64,000 nucleotides of DNA from Alphaproteobacteria bacterium (GTDB taxonomy: Bacteria > Pseudomonadota > Alphaproteobacteria > UBA828), in the NCBI GenBank assembly GCA_965214705.1, contig OZ243972.1:32001-96000 (forward strand), in the 5' to 3' direction. Shown here piece by piece: positions 20,626-31,082 of this stretch. The notes beneath the pieces were generated by a model. That model did no database searches. It was not told where the DNA came from and saw nothing but the letters and a program-made list of their open reading frames with translations. The translations under genes and the position numbers were made by a program. Position 1 is the first letter of the stretch; each line of letters starts with the position of its first letter.

Positions 20626-20850
20626 AAGGCCTCCTGCAGCGTTCCATCGTATCACCCCTACTCACTCCGCAACCCTGATCGTTGGCTCTGCAAAGGGGAA
20701 GAGGCGAGGATGCCAGACCCGCGCCGGCGAACCCGTGAACCCAGCGCACCCATCTGTTCCTGGATCGCCTCCGCCACGCCGCCGTCGCTGCGCCATAGGC
20801 CGTGCGCTATAGTGCTACGGCACTTCGCATCGACCAAGAGGAACCACCTC

Positions 20851-22935
20851 GTGAAGGAGATCTATGTTTGGGCACCCTACTTCAGAGAGCTGGCCCGCAA
20901 GGTCGCCGACCGGGGCGAGCTCAATCTGATAGACGCTGCCAAGCGGGTGGCATGGAAACAGGAAGGACCACAATCGCCGTTGCTCAACTACGGCGATCAG
21001 AACATTGACCCGTTTTCCTTCTTCTACACCATCGCCGCCAACAGCCCCGCGGCCGTCAGCAGGAAGCGGATATACGAGAGCCTTCGCGACATTTACGACA
21101 TGGAGGCGGAACTTCCCATTGAGTTGGACGAAGCGTTCGTGTTTCCCACCCCTCCCAGAATTAATACGCTCTTTCATTCCGGGGGTCAGGGGGATCCAAC
21201 TCTACTCTGGCGGCTGTTTCGAAGCGCCGTATCTGGATTCGAACACATAGACGCCGAGGACTTTGAAGGCGCCCTCGCAATCGGCAACGTCGCGCTCAAG
21301 AAGCTGACCCAGACGCTCTATCTGGTTAACGCCGATAGTTTTCTGCCCATCGACGATCATACCACCTCGCTGAGACTCTTCCAGTTCGAGAAGCCGCCGA
21401 ATCAGGTAAGCCTTGCAGAATACGCAAACCTCATCGAACTCTTGCGGAATGCGTTTCCGGGTTGCCACCTCTTCGAGATAAACCTCTTCGCCTATCTGCG
21501 CTCGACCGGCCTAGTCGTCCGACCGGGGCATTGTTTCCAGATCAGCACCAACGTCTATAACGAAAAAGAGGACCACTGGCCTGATTTCAATGACGGCAAC
21601 CATGTTTTTACCGGCGGCCCCGGACAAAACATGCAATATCCGCTCGGGAAACCAGAACAGGGCGATGTTGTCTTGGTTCGATACGGTAGATGGGAAGGCC
21701 GCGGTATCGCAGTCGTGTACCGCAACGACTACCGTGAAGAGGGTTGGGCCGAAGACAGGAGGCTGCACGTCCTTTGGCTGAACAAGACGTCCGCAAACCT
21801 CAGCGATAACGCGCCGGTCATCGGCTTCTCCGAAGCGGGCACTGCTACACGTGACGCGTTTCGCAACGCCGATGCCTACGCACCGACGTTCGATCTACTC
21901 GAGCGGATTTCCCCGGCCGAACCGAAAGAGATCATATCAGATGCCCCCGCGGAACATCCGCGCAACCGAATTCTGTACGGGCCGCCGGGTACCGGCAAGA
22001 CCTGGCACGCAGTTAACCACGCACTGGCGATTCTTGGCGAAACGGAAGTTCACACGGGAATTGAACGAGATCGCTTTGATGAATTCAGGTTCGATCCGGA
22101 ACGAGGTACCGGACAGATCGCGATGGTCACGTTCCACCAGAACTTTGCCTACGAGGACTTCATTGAAGGCATCCGCCCGGCACTGGATGGAGACACCGTC
22201 GCTTACAGAATGCACCACGGCATCTTCAAGCGCATCGCCAAAGCGGCTGAGAAACAACCAAACCGGCGCTTCGTCCTCATCATCGACGAGATCAACCGCG
22301 GCAACATCGCTAAAATCTTCGGCGAGCTTATCACGCTGATTGAAGACTCCCGCCGTATCGGCCGGGACGATCAGACATTCGTTACGCTTCCGTATTCCGA
22401 CGAGACGTTCGCGGTACCGGACAACCTGTACCTCATCGGCACGATGAACACTGCAGATCGTTCTATCCAGTTGCTCGATACGGCGTTGCGCCGCCGCTTC
22501 ACGTTTCTGGAAATGATGCCCGATCCCCGGCACGTGGGGGTTTCAAGGGATTTCGATGGGGTCGACTGCACAAGAATGCTCGCAGCGATTAACGAGCGGA
22601 TCAGCGCCCTGCTCGATCGCGAGCATCAGATCGGTCACACCTACCTGCTCCATGTACGCGACATGGACCAATTGGCGGAGGCGTTCCAGAATCGAATATT
22701 CCCGCTGTTGCAGGAATACTTCTTCGACGATTGGGCGAAAATCAGGGCCGTGCTGGCGCTCAACGCGTTCGTGTCCGTCCATGACCTACCGGATTCTCGA
22801 GTTCTGACCGAATTCCTCGACGAGGAGCGGAAACTCTACGAACGGCTGCCCGACGACGATCCTGCGTGGCAAGACCCCGCTGAGTACCGAAGGATCTACG
22901 AAGCAAACGACGCGGATGAGCCGGAAGACTCATAA
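20851..22935 (+). CDS. mcrB: McrB-family AAA+ GTPase (Type IV restriction)
   Basis: GPPGTGKT, TFHQxFAYEDFIEG, IIDEINR, MNTADRS. GTG start with AGAGGA RBS inside the 1001-aa ORF. Confidence 0.9.
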   Translation: MKEIYVWAPYFRELARKVADRGELNLIDAAKRVAWKQEGPQSPLLNYGDQNIDPFSFFYTIAANSPAAVSRKRIYESLRDIYDMEAELPIELDEAFVFPTPPRINTLFHSGGQGDPTLLWRLFRSAVSGFEHIDAEDFEGALAIGNVALKKLTQTLYLVNADSFLPIDDHTTSLRLFQFEKPPNQVSLAEYANLIELLRNAFPGCHLFEINLFAYLRSTGLVVRPGHCFQISTNVYNEKEDHWPDFNDGNHVFTGGPGQNMQYPLGKPEQGDVVLVRYGRWEGRGIAVVYRNDYREEGWAEDRRLHVLWLNKTSANLSDNAPVIGFSEAGTATRDAFRNADAYAPTFDLLERISPAEPKEIISDAPAEHPRNRILYGPPGTGKTWHAVNHALAILGETEVHTGIERDRFDEFRFDPERGTGQIAMVTFHQNFAYEDFIEGIRPALDGDTVAYRMHHGIFKRIAKAAEKQPNRRFVLIIDEINRGNIAKIFGELITLIEDSRRIGRDDQTFVTLPYSDETFAVPDNLYLIGTMNTADRSIQLLDTALRRRFTFLEMMPDPRHVGVSRDFDGVDCTRMLAAINERISALLDREHQIGHTYLLHVRDMDQLAEAFQNRIFPLLQEYFFDDWAKIRAVLALNAFVSVHDLPDSRVLTEFLDEERKLYERLPDDDPAWQDPAEYRRIYEANDADEPEDS

Positions 22936-24200
22936 TGCATGCCGTGCGCACGTTCCACGAGCACGAGCAATTCGTCGGGCTCAGCGCGGAGGATCGCGCC
23001 GACCTCGCGGACTTCGCGCGGAAAGTGCTCAAGTGCAAGGACGGCGACCTCGCCGCGAGCAACCACGTCGGCGTCGTCACGACGAGGCGTGGCACGGTGG
23101 TGGAGATCCTGCCGAAGATCGACCTTGGACCGGAAAGGGAGACCGATTCCGACGAGACGACGCGCCGGTTGTTCCTTCGCATGCTTCGCTGTTGGCGCCG
23201 ACTCGGGGAGACGCTGCCCGACAGCGCAATTCGCGCCATGAGACGCTTCCCTATGCTCGAAGTCTTCGTCCATCGTTTTCTGAACGACCTGGGCTCGCTT
23301 GCCCGCGGTGGACTGGCCAGACGATACGTGCCGGTCGAAGAAAATCTGCCCTGTCTTCGGGGGCGTATCCTCTTTCGCGAGCAGGTCCGTGAGAGCCTCG
23401 TCAACCAGGCGCGGTTCTATGTGGCCTACGATGAACTCAGCGTCAACCGGCCCGCCAACCGGCTGATCCACAGCACTCTTGCCAAGCTCCTGCCTCGGGT
23501 CTCAAGCAGCCAGAACAGACAGTCCTTGAGGGAATTGCTGGCCGTATTCTCCGACGTGCCGCGCTCGGCTGACTTTCTTGACGACTGGCGCAAGCACCAC
23601 ATAGACCGCTCAATGCATCATTATGCGCCGGTGATGAACTGGGTAAGTCTTTTCTTGTTCAACCACGGTCTCGCGACCTTTTCCGGAGCCCATGCCAACC
23701 TGTCACTGATGTTCCCGATGGAGCAAGTGTTCGAAGACTTCGTTTCCCACAGCTATGGCCGATACCAGACCAAATTCGTCGTGTACCGCCAAGGTCCGCA
23801 ACGGCCAATGGCAAGCATCGACGATCGCGACGCGTTTATGATGAAGCCGGACCTCTGTCTCGGGGATGGTAACCGCGTCGCCTTCGTACTCGATGCAAAG
23901 TGGAAACACGTCAATGCGCTCGGCCAAGATCCGAAGCATGGCATCGACCAGGGCGACATGTACCAGCTCTATGCCTACGCCAAAGCCTACGAATGCAATG
24001 TCGTCGCGCTTGTCTATCCCCGTACCCAAGCCTTCAGGCGTCCACTGCACTACCGTTTTTTCAACGGTACCGGATTACTCTGCTTGCCCTTCGACGTACA
24101 GGATCCCGAGGGCAGCATCCAAACTTCGGTTCGAACACTCAGCGAGTTCGTTCCTCATCAGCCGATCAACCGACGACGAATTCCGACCACTGCTCCATGA
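22935..24200 (+). CDS. mcrC: McrC-family restriction endonuclease subunit
   Basis: Coupled to mcrB (TAATG); VEILPKI, FPMEQVFEDFV, MKPDL...LDAKWK, DMYQLYAYA. Confidence 0.9.
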   Translation: MHAVRTFHEHEQFVGLSAEDRADLADFARKVLKCKDGDLAASNHVGVVTTRRGTVVEILPKIDLGPERETDSDETTRRLFLRMLRCWRRLGETLPDSAIRAMRRFPMLEVFVHRFLNDLGSLARGGLARRYVPVEENLPCLRGRILFREQVRESLVNQARFYVAYDELSVNRPANRLIHSTLAKLLPRVSSSQNRQSLRELLAVFSDVPRSADFLDDWRKHHIDRSMHHYAPVMNWVSLFLFNHGLATFSGAHANLSLMFPMEQVFEDFVSHSYGRYQTKFVVYRQGPQRPMASIDDRDAFMMKPDLCLGDGNRVAFVLDAKWKHVNALGQDPKHGIDQGDMYQLYAYAKAYECNVVALVYPRTQAFRRPLHYRFFNGTGLLCLPFDVQDPEGSIQTSVRTLSEFVPHQPINRRRIPTTAP

Positions 24201-25362
24201 GCGCTCGCCTCCGGTCGAAGAGGTCGGTACGCCGATAGGCGGCCTCCACCCGGTCGGAGTTCACATGCGCCAGGGCGAGCTCGCAAACCTCGCGAGGCAC
24301 ATCGGTGCACTCCGCCGCCCAGTCCCGAAAGGACGACCGGAACCCGTGCGGCACCGCATCGATCCCCAGCTCCCGGATGAGCCTGGAGACCGTGCCGCCG
24401 TGAATCGCGCGGGCGCGCTGCGACGGAAAGATCAGGTCCGAGCCGTCTGCCAGCGCGCGTGCTTCATGAAGAATCTCCAGCGCTCGCGCGGACAGCGGAA
24501 CACGATGCTCGCGCCTCGCCTTCATCCGCTGCGCCGGTATCGTCCACGTCGCCGATGCGAAATCGATCTCGTCCCATGTCGCGAACCGAACTTCCCCGGA
24601 CCGGCACGCCGTCAGCACCAGAAACTCGAAGGCGAGCACCGCAGGCCGATAGGCATCCGATGTCCTCACCCTGGTGAGCGCGGCCCCGACCTCCCGGAAT
24701 GGCAAGGCGCGCTGATGCTGGCGCACGCTGCCGTTCTTGGGCAGTGCGGCGGCGATGGCGTCGCCGGCAGGGTTGTCGCCCCGATGGCCCTGCGCGACGG
24801 CCCACTTCATCACCGCCCCGATACGCTGGCGCACGCGGCGCATGGTCTCGGTCTTAGTGTGCCAGTGCGGAACGAGCACCGCCATTACGTCTGCGGTGGT
24901 GATCTCGTCGACGCCCTTGCGGCCGAGCTTCGGCATGGCGTAGTCCCTGAGGCTCGCCTTCCACTGCATCTCGCTCTTGCCGCCATCCTTCCAGCCCTTG
25001 CGGTGGATGCCGATCACGGTCTCTGCCGCCTGCGCGAAGGTCGGCACTTCGGGCCTGCGCCTGAGGGTCTTCGGATCGCCGCCGGCCTTCGATATCTTGC
25101 GGTACTCGAATGCGGTCTGCCGAGCTTCGGCGAGGGTGACGTAGGGGAAGCCGCCGAGCCCGATATCGCGTCGTGTTCCGTTGACGGTTCCGCGCCATAT
25201 CCATTGCTTGGAGATCAACGCCCGTTTTCGGGATTTGTAGACTCGGAGCCTCAGGCCGTGCTGATCGCCATAGACGCCCGGTCGGCTGACGGTTCGGACG
25301 AAGGCGGCATTGAGGCGTCTTGGTCTGGCGGCATTCGATGCGTCCGAATCGAGATACCTCAT
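24166..25362 (-). CDS. P4-family tyrosine integrase with arm-binding (DUF4102-like) domain
   Basis: GLRLRV...RRDIGLGGFPYVTLAEAR, ACRSGE, RMKARREH, HGFRSSFRDW, LAHV...AY. Confidence 0.93.
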   Translation of the reverse strand: MRYLDSDASNAARPRRLNAAFVRTVSRPGVYGDQHGLRLRVYKSRKRALISKQWIWRGTVNGTRRDIGLGGFPYVTLAEARQTAFEYRKISKAGGDPKTLRRRPEVPTFAQAAETVIGIHRKGWKDGGKSEMQWKASLRDYAMPKLGRKGVDEITTADVMAVLVPHWHTKTETMRRVRQRIGAVMKWAVAQGHRGDNPAGDAIAAALPKNGSVRQHQRALPFREVGAALTRVRTSDAYRPAVLAFEFLVLTACRSGEVRFATWDEIDFASATWTIPAQRMKARREHRVPLSARALEILHEARALADGSDLIFPSQRARAIHGGTVSRLIRELGIDAVPHGFRSSFRDWAAECTDVPREVCELALAHVNSDRVEAAYRRTDLFDRRRALMEQWSEFVVG

Positions 25363-25515
25363 AATTCGTCACCCACGCTGTGTCCCACAATTGGACCAAG
25401 AATGGGTGAAAACGGACTGGAACGCAAGAGACCAATGTTCTACCTAACACGCTGTTATTCAACTCTATATGGGAACAGCGTGGAACGGTCAGGAAACCAT
25501 GGGAACGGACGCTCG

Positions 25516-25659
25516 CTCCGCTCGCTTGGCTCCGCGCTTACGCGCGCGGCGCAGTCGCGCCGTCCGGGCCTGACTTAATCATTTCCCTCAATCGCCGGGC
25601 GCGAACTCCGTTCGCTTGGCTCCGCGCTTCGCGCGCGGCGCAGTCGCGCCGTCCGGGCC
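25516..25659 (+). repeat. Two near-identical 54-55 bp GC-rich direct repeats separated by 35 bp
   Basis: CTCCGyTCGCTTGGCTCCGCGCTT(A)CGCGCGCGGCGCAGTCGCGCCGTCCGGGCC at 25516-25570 and 25606-25659. Confidence 0.9.
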
Positions 25660-25896
25660 GCTGCGCGGCCCGGTTCCTGTCTGGGCGACCTTCTCGTCGG
25701 TTGCCGTTAGCGTGCCCCGGACCATGGTGCGGTGCACGGCGCGGGCGGGCGGAGTCAGTCTCGCCGGATGCGTTGTGCAGACCGCGAAAACGCCGCCACA
25801 CGCGATGCCCGCCGCACGGATGTGAGGCAACCCATTTTGGCGAGACGTGGCAAAAAGGGGCATTCGCTTGAGATCGTCGCCCACATCCGCGCTGTC

Positions 25897-25980
25897 TTGG
25901 TCCACCGTGAGCCACTTTGAGCCGCCGGTTTTGGACCACCTTGGGCCACTTTGGGCCGGAGTGGGCCGGAATAGGCCGCA
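25897..25980 (+). repeat. Array of degenerate 10-bp repeats
   Basis: TTGGTCCACC GTGAGCCACT TTGAGCCGCC (ggtt) TTGGACCACC TTGGGCCACT TTGGGCCGGA GTGGGCCGGA ATAGGCCGCA. Confidence 0.7.
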
Positions 25981-26129
25981 TAAAACTAAACTCTCAAGGA
26001 TATCCCAGCCGCCGCCGCTTCGCGCCGACGGTGCGCCTTGGGGTATGATGGCGGCGCGGCCGGGCACCCGGCGGCCGCAGCTTGCGGCTTAGCCCCAAGA
26101 AGAACCGGACGCTGAGGACAGGAATCGCG

Positions 26130-29100
26130 ATGACCCTCGCCGCGGTCTCACTCGACGACAAGTACGCCGCCCTCTCGGGCGAGGTCTACATGACCGGCAC
26201 CCAGGCGCTGGTCAGGCTGCCGATGATGCAACACCTGCGGGACAAGGCCGCCGGGCTGGACACGCGCTGCATGATCTCGGGCTACCGCGGCTCGCCGCTC
26301 GGCAACTTCGACCGCGCGCTCTGGCAGGCCAGGCCGTTCATCGAGCAGCACGGCGTGCACTTTCAGCCCGGAGTCAACGAGGACACGGCGGCCACCGCGC
26401 TCTGGGGCACGCAGCAGGTCGGGCTCTTCCCCGGTGCCAAGCACGACGGCGTCTTCGCCATCTGGTACGGCAAGGGGCCAGGCGTCGACCGCACGATCGA
26501 CGTCTTCAAGCATGCCAACCTCGCTGGCACGGCGGCCCACGGCGGCGTGCTCGCGCTGGCGGGCGACGATCATGTCTGCGCTTCGTCCACCACGGCGCAC
26601 CAGAGCGAGTTCAACTTCGTGAGTGCGACCATGCCGGTGATCAACCCGGCCGGCGTGCAGGAGTTCCTGGATTACGGGCTGCACGGCTGGGGGCTCTCGC
26701 GCTACGCCGGCCTCTGGGTCGGCTTCATCTGCATCGCCGAGACGGTGGACAGCTCGGCCATCGTCTCCGTGGATCCGCACCGGGTCGCCATCGCCACGCC
26801 GGATGACCACGCGCTGCCCGCAGGCGGGCTCAACATCCGCTGGCCGGACACGCCGCTGGAGCAGGAAGAGCGGCTGCTCGAGCACAAGCTCGACGCCGCG
26901 CGGGCCTACGGCCGGGCGAACGGGCTCGACCGCACCGTGATCGACGGGCCGGGGCGCCGGCTTGGCATCGTGACGACCGGCAAGTCCTATCTCGACGTGC
27001 GCCAGGCGCTGGACGACCTCGGCATCGATGAGGGCACGGCACGGCGGCTGGGCATCGCGCTCTACAAGGTCGGCATGAGCTGGCCGCTGGAGCCGGACGG
27101 CATCAGGCGCTTCGCCGGCGGGCTCGACGAGATTCTCGTGGTCGAGGAGAAGCGGGACTTCATCGAGGGCCAGATCAAGGAGTTGCTCTACAACCTGCCC
27201 GCGACGGAGCGGCCGCGCGTGATCGGCAAGTGCGACGAGGAAGGGCGCCCGCTGCTCCGCGCCTCGGGCGAGCTCGACCCCGGCGGGGTGGCGCAGACGT
27301 TGGCCGAGCGGCTCCTGCGCCTCGGCGCGGACGAGAGCATCGAGGCGCGGCTGGCCCGCTTGCGCGCTAGGTGGGCGGAGAGCGGCGCCGGGGAGCCTGC
27401 GGCGATGGAGCGGGTGCCCTACTTCTGCTCGGGCTGCCCGCACAACTCGTCGACCAAGGTGCCCGAAGGGAGCCGCGCGCTCGCCGGCATCGGCTGCCAC
27501 TACATGGCGCAGTGGATGGACCGCGAGACCGACACCTACACCCACATGGGCGGCGAGGGTGCCAACTGGATCGGCCAGGCGCCCTTCACCGAGACCGAGC
27601 ACATCTTCCAGAACATCGGCGACGGCACCTACTTCCACTCCGGCATTCTGGCGATCCGGGCCGCGGTCGCCGCCGGCGTCAACATGACCTACAAGATTCT
27701 CTACAACGACGCGGTGGCCATGACCGGCGGCCAGCCCATGGACGGGCCGCTCTCGGTCCAGCGCGTGACCCGACAGGTCCAGGCAGAGGGCGTCGGCCGC
27801 ATCGCGGTGGTCACCGACCAGCCCGAGAAATATCCCTTCGACGGGCAGTTCGCGGACGGCGCCACGATCCATCACCGGGACGAGCTCGACCAGGTGCAGC
27901 GCGACCTGCGCCAGTGGGAGGGGGTCTCGGCCATCGTCTACGACCAGATGTGTGCGACCGAGAAGCGGCGCCGGCGCAAGCGCGGGCTGCTGGAGGACCC
28001 GGACTGGCGGGTCATCATCAACCCGGACGTGTGCGAGGGCTGCGGCGACTGCGGCGTGCAGTCGAACTGCCTCTCGGTGGTGCCGCTGGAGACCGAGTTC
28101 GGCCGCAAGCGGGCGATCGACCAATCCGCCTGCAACAAGGATTTCTCCTGCATCAAGGGCTTTTGCCCGAGCTTCGTGCTGGTGAAGGGCGGGAAGCGGC
28201 GCGCGGGCGCCTCCGCGGGCGTATCCGAGCGGCCCATCGCCGCACTGCCGGAGCCGCAGCGCCCCTCGTGTACGGAGCCTTACGGTATCCTGCTTGCGGG
28301 CGTCGGCGGCACCGGGATCGTCACCCTTGCAGCGCTGCTGGGCACGGCGGCGCGACTGGAAGGCAAGGGCGCCACGGTGCTGGACAAGGCCGGCCTCGCC
28401 CAGAAGTACGGTGCCGTCACCAGCCATATCCGCATCGCCGAGCGGCCCGAGGACCTGCACGCGGTGCGCATCGCCGTCGGCGGCGCCAGGCTGCTGCTGG
28501 GGATCGACCGGGTGGTGGCGGCGAGCCGCGAAGCGGTGTCACGGCTCGACAAGAGCGCCTCCCACGCGGTGGTCAACGGCGGCCCGATCACGACCGGCGA
28601 CTTCACCCGCGCGCCCGACCTCGAGTTCCCCGGCGCGCAGCTCGAAGGCGTGATCGGGGCGGCGGCGCGCACGCTCGATGTCGTGGACGCGACCCGCCTG
28701 GCGACGGCGCTGGTCGGCGATGCCGTCTACACCAACCTCTTCCTCTTAGGGTTCGCCTATCAGCGCGGCCTGGTTCCGCTCGGCGCCGAGGCCATCGAGC
28801 GGGCGATCGCGCTCAACGCGGTTGCGGTCGAGGCCAATCAGCGTGCATTCCGCTGGGGCCGCGCGGCCGCGCACGATGCCGACGCGGTCGCCACCGCAGC
28901 GGCCGAGACCGGTACCCTGCCGCAGGAGCCGCAGGCGCAGGGGCTGGACGCGCAGATCGAGCGGCGTGCCTCCGACCTCAGGGCCTATCAAAACACCGCG
29001 CTTGCCAGCCGCTACCGCGCCCTGGTGAGCCGCGCGCGCGAGGCCGAGCGCGCACGAGCGCCAGGCCGCGAGGGCTTTGGCGAGGCGGTGGCCCGCGCCT

Positions 29101-29600
29101 ATCACAAGCTGCTCGCCTACAAGGACGAGTACGAGGTCGCCCGGCTCTACACCGACGGCCGCTTCCGGGCACAAGTTGCGGCGGAGTTCGAGGGCTCGGT
29201 CGGGCTGCGGTTCAGCATGGCGCCGCCGCTCATCGCCGGGCGCGATCCCCACACCGGCCACCTGAAGAAGCGCATTTTCGGCCCCTGGATGCTCGCGGCC
29301 TTCCGCCTGCTGGCGCGGTTCAAGGGCCTGCGCGGGACGCCGCTCGATATTTTCGGCTACAGCGCCGAGCGGCGCCGGGAGCGCGCGCTGATCGGCGAGT
29401 ACGAGGAGACGGTGGAGACGCTGATCGCCGGGCTTGAGTCCGACAACCACGGGCTCGCCGTGGAGATCGCCGAGGTGCCGCTCGCCATGCGGGGCTTCGG
29501 CCACGTGAAGGAGGCGAACGTCGCCTGCGCAAAGGAGCGCGAGGCCGAATTGCTGGCCGCCTTCCGCGCGCCCGCCGCCCAGGCCAGCGCCGCAGAATAG
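26130..29600 (+). CDS. Indolepyruvate ferredoxin oxidoreductase family protein (fused alpha/beta)
   Basis: SGYRGSPLG, GVNED, PYFCSGCPHN, GDGTYFHSG TPP motif, CEGCGDC ferredoxin motif, GVGGTG, YKDEYEVARL. Confidence 0.93.
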   Translation: MTLAAVSLDDKYAALSGEVYMTGTQALVRLPMMQHLRDKAAGLDTRCMISGYRGSPLGNFDRALWQARPFIEQHGVHFQPGVNEDTAATALWGTQQVGLFPGAKHDGVFAIWYGKGPGVDRTIDVFKHANLAGTAAHGGVLALAGDDHVCASSTTAHQSEFNFVSATMPVINPAGVQEFLDYGLHGWGLSRYAGLWVGFICIAETVDSSAIVSVDPHRVAIATPDDHALPAGGLNIRWPDTPLEQEERLLEHKLDAARAYGRANGLDRTVIDGPGRRLGIVTTGKSYLDVRQALDDLGIDEGTARRLGIALYKVGMSWPLEPDGIRRFAGGLDEILVVEEKRDFIEGQIKELLYNLPATERPRVIGKCDEEGRPLLRASGELDPGGVAQTLAERLLRLGADESIEARLARLRARWAESGAGEPAAMERVPYFCSGCPHNSSTKVPEGSRALAGIGCHYMAQWMDRETDTYTHMGGEGANWIGQAPFTETEHIFQNIGDGTYFHSGILAIRAAVAAGVNMTYKILYNDAVAMTGGQPMDGPLSVQRVTRQVQAEGVGRIAVVTDQPEKYPFDGQFADGATIHHRDELDQVQRDLRQWEGVSAIVYDQMCATEKRRRRKRGLLEDPDWRVIINPDVCEGCGDCGVQSNCLSVVPLETEFGRKRAIDQSACNKDFSCIKGFCPSFVLVKGGKRRAGASAGVSERPIAALPEPQRPSCTEPYGILLAGVGGTGIVTLAALLGTAARLEGKGATVLDKAGLAQKYGAVTSHIRIAERPEDLHAVRIAVGGARLLLGIDRVVAASREAVSRLDKSASHAVVNGGPITTGDFTRAPDLEFPGAQLEGVIGAAARTLDVVDATRLATALVGDAVYTNLFLLGFAYQRGLVPLGAEAIERAIALNAVAVEANQRAFRWGRAAAHDADAVATAAAETGTLPQEPQAQGLDAQIERRASDLRAYQNTALASRYRALVSRAREAERARAPGREGFGEAVARAYHKLLAYKDEYEVARLYTDGRFRAQVAAEFEGSVGLRFSMAPPLIAGRDPHTGHLKKRIFGPWMLAAFRLLARFKGLRGTPLDIFGYSAERRRERALIGEYEETVETLIAGLESDNHGLAVEIAEVPLAMRGFGHVKEANVACAKEREAELLAAFRAPAAQASAAE

Positions 29601-29616
29601 CCGGCTCGGCGGCAGG

Positions 29617-30051
29617 CTACGCCGCGGCGGCCTTCAGCGCCTCGCGTGCGAGGGTGTCGGCGCGCTCGTTCTCCGGGTCGCCGGCGTGGCCCTTCACCCA
29701 GTGCCAGGTCACGTCGTGGCGCTGGGCGAGGGCATCGAGGGCCTCCCACAGGTCGCGGTTCTTGACCGGGGACCTGGACGCGGTGCGCCAGCCCTTGGCC
29801 TTCCAGCCGGGGAGCCAGCGGGTGATCCCGTCCCTCACGTAGGTGCTGTCGGTGTAGAGGGCGACGGCGGAGCGGCGGTTGAGCGCCTCCAGCGCCCGGA
29901 TCGCGGCCGTGAGCTCCATGCGGTTGTTGGTGGTGCGCGGGTGCGCGCCACTGATCTCGCGCCGATGCGTGCCGTAGAGCAGCACCGCGCCCCATCCGCC
30001 CGGCCCCGGATTGCCGCTGCAGGCGCCGTCGGTATAGATCGCGACGCTCAC
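29617..30051 (-). CDS. rnhA: Ribonuclease HI
   Basis: [37 protein letters not shown]; GTGA overlap with thrB. Confidence 0.97.
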   Translation of the reverse strand: MSVAIYTDGACSGNPGPGGWGAVLLYGTHRREISGAHPRTTNNRMELTAAIRALEALNRRSAVALYTDSTYVRDGITRWLPGWKAKGWRTASRSPVKNRDLWEALDALAQRHDVTWHWVKGHAGDPENERADTLAREALKAAAA

Positions 30052-31013
30052 GGCTCGATGCCGTAGGCGCCGGGGCCCGACACGCCGCGATGGAAGCGGA
30101 GCTTGTGCAGGTACTCGCGCGGGTCCTTGGGTTTGACCAGGGCGCCGTCCACCTGGTTGATCCAGTCGTAGAGACGGGTGAGCAGGAAGCGCAGCGCGGC
30201 GCCCTCGGCGAGCCGCGGGAGCGCCGCGATCTCGGCTTCCGCGCAGCAGCGCACCGCGCGGTAGCGCCCGATCATGAGGCGTGCCTTGGTCACGTTGAAG
30301 CTGAGGTCCGGCTCGAAGCACCAAGCGTTGAGGCAGACCGCGAGGTCGTAGACCAGCGCGTCGTTGCACGCGAAGTAGAAGTCGATCAGGCCGCTGAGCC
30401 GGTTCCGCTCGAAGAAGACGTTGTCGGGGAAGAGATCGGCGTGGACCACGCCGCGCGGCAGCTCGCGCGGCCATTCCGCCTCGATGCGGTCCAGCGCCGC
30501 CGAGACCTCGGCGGAGAGGCCGGGCACCACGTCGTCGGCGCCGGCGCGGCAGCGCTCGAAGAGCGGGCGCCAGCTGTCGACCGAGAGCGCGTTGGCGCGC
30601 TCTGCCGGGTAGTCGAGTCCCGCCAGGTGCATCCGTGCCAATGCCTCGCCCAGCTCGGCACAGTGCTCGGGCCGCGGGCGCCTCGGCCAGACGCCGGCGA
30701 GGAAGCTCGTAATCGCCGCCGGCCGCTCGCAGAGGGTGCGCAGCACCGCGCCGTCGCGCCCGTGGACGGGCACCGGGCAGGGCACGCCGCGCGCCGCCAG
30801 ATGCTCGATCAGCCCGAGGAAGAAGGGCAGGTCCCTGGCATCGACCCGCTTCTCGTAGAGCGTGAGGATGTAGGGGCCGCCCTCGGTCAGCAGCAGGTAG
30901 TTGGAGTTCTCGACGCCCTCGGCAATGCCCTTGCAGGAGACGGCCGTGCCGATGTCGTACTCCGCGATGAACGCGGCGAGCTCGTCGTCGGAGACTTCGG
31001 TGTAGACGGCCAT
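30048..31013 (-). CDS. thrB: Homoserine kinase type II
   Basis: [43 protein letters not shown]. Confidence 0.96.
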   Translation of the reverse strand: MAVYTEVSDDELAAFIAEYDIGTAVSCKGIAEGVENSNYLLLTEGGPYILTLYEKRVDARDLPFFLGLIEHLAARGVPCPVPVHGRDGAVLRTLCERPAAITSFLAGVWPRRPRPEHCAELGEALARMHLAGLDYPAERANALSVDSWRPLFERCRAGADDVVPGLSAEVSAALDRIEAEWPRELPRGVVHADLFPDNVFFERNRLSGLIDFYFACNDALVYDLAVCLNAWCFEPDLSFNVTKARLMIGRYRAVRCCAEAEIAALPRLAEGAALRFLLTRLYDWINQVDGALVKPKDPREYLHKLRFHRGVSGPGAYGIEP

Positions 31014-31082
31014 CGGGCGCCCGCTCGGCGGGGAGAGGAATCGGGGCGCATCCTAGCCAAGGTGCGCCGTAGAGGGGAGCCG

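Larger units (their letters stand above)
1..25600. mobile_element. Integrative mobilizable/conjugative island (left end outside the window; right end approximate)
   Basis: Relaxase and oriT, defence cargo with GC shifts, terminal integrase, then a switch to housekeeping genes. Confidence 0.75.

Noticed and set aside
19930-20850. 1001-aa McrB as listed in the ORF track
   Set aside because: The first 307 codons are largely antisense to the DUF6946-like gene; a GTG with RBS at 20851 is the plausible start.
25520-25640. TGGCTCCGCG as a tRNA 3' end attachment site
   Set aside because: No T-loop (GTTCGA) or cloverleaf on either strand; no tRNA found anywhere in the window.
25516-25659. Repeat-spacer-repeat resembling a mini CRISPR array
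   Set aside because: Only two units, repeats of 54-55 bp and very GC-rich, no cas genes or AT-rich leader; better explained as a REP-like or att-associated duplication.
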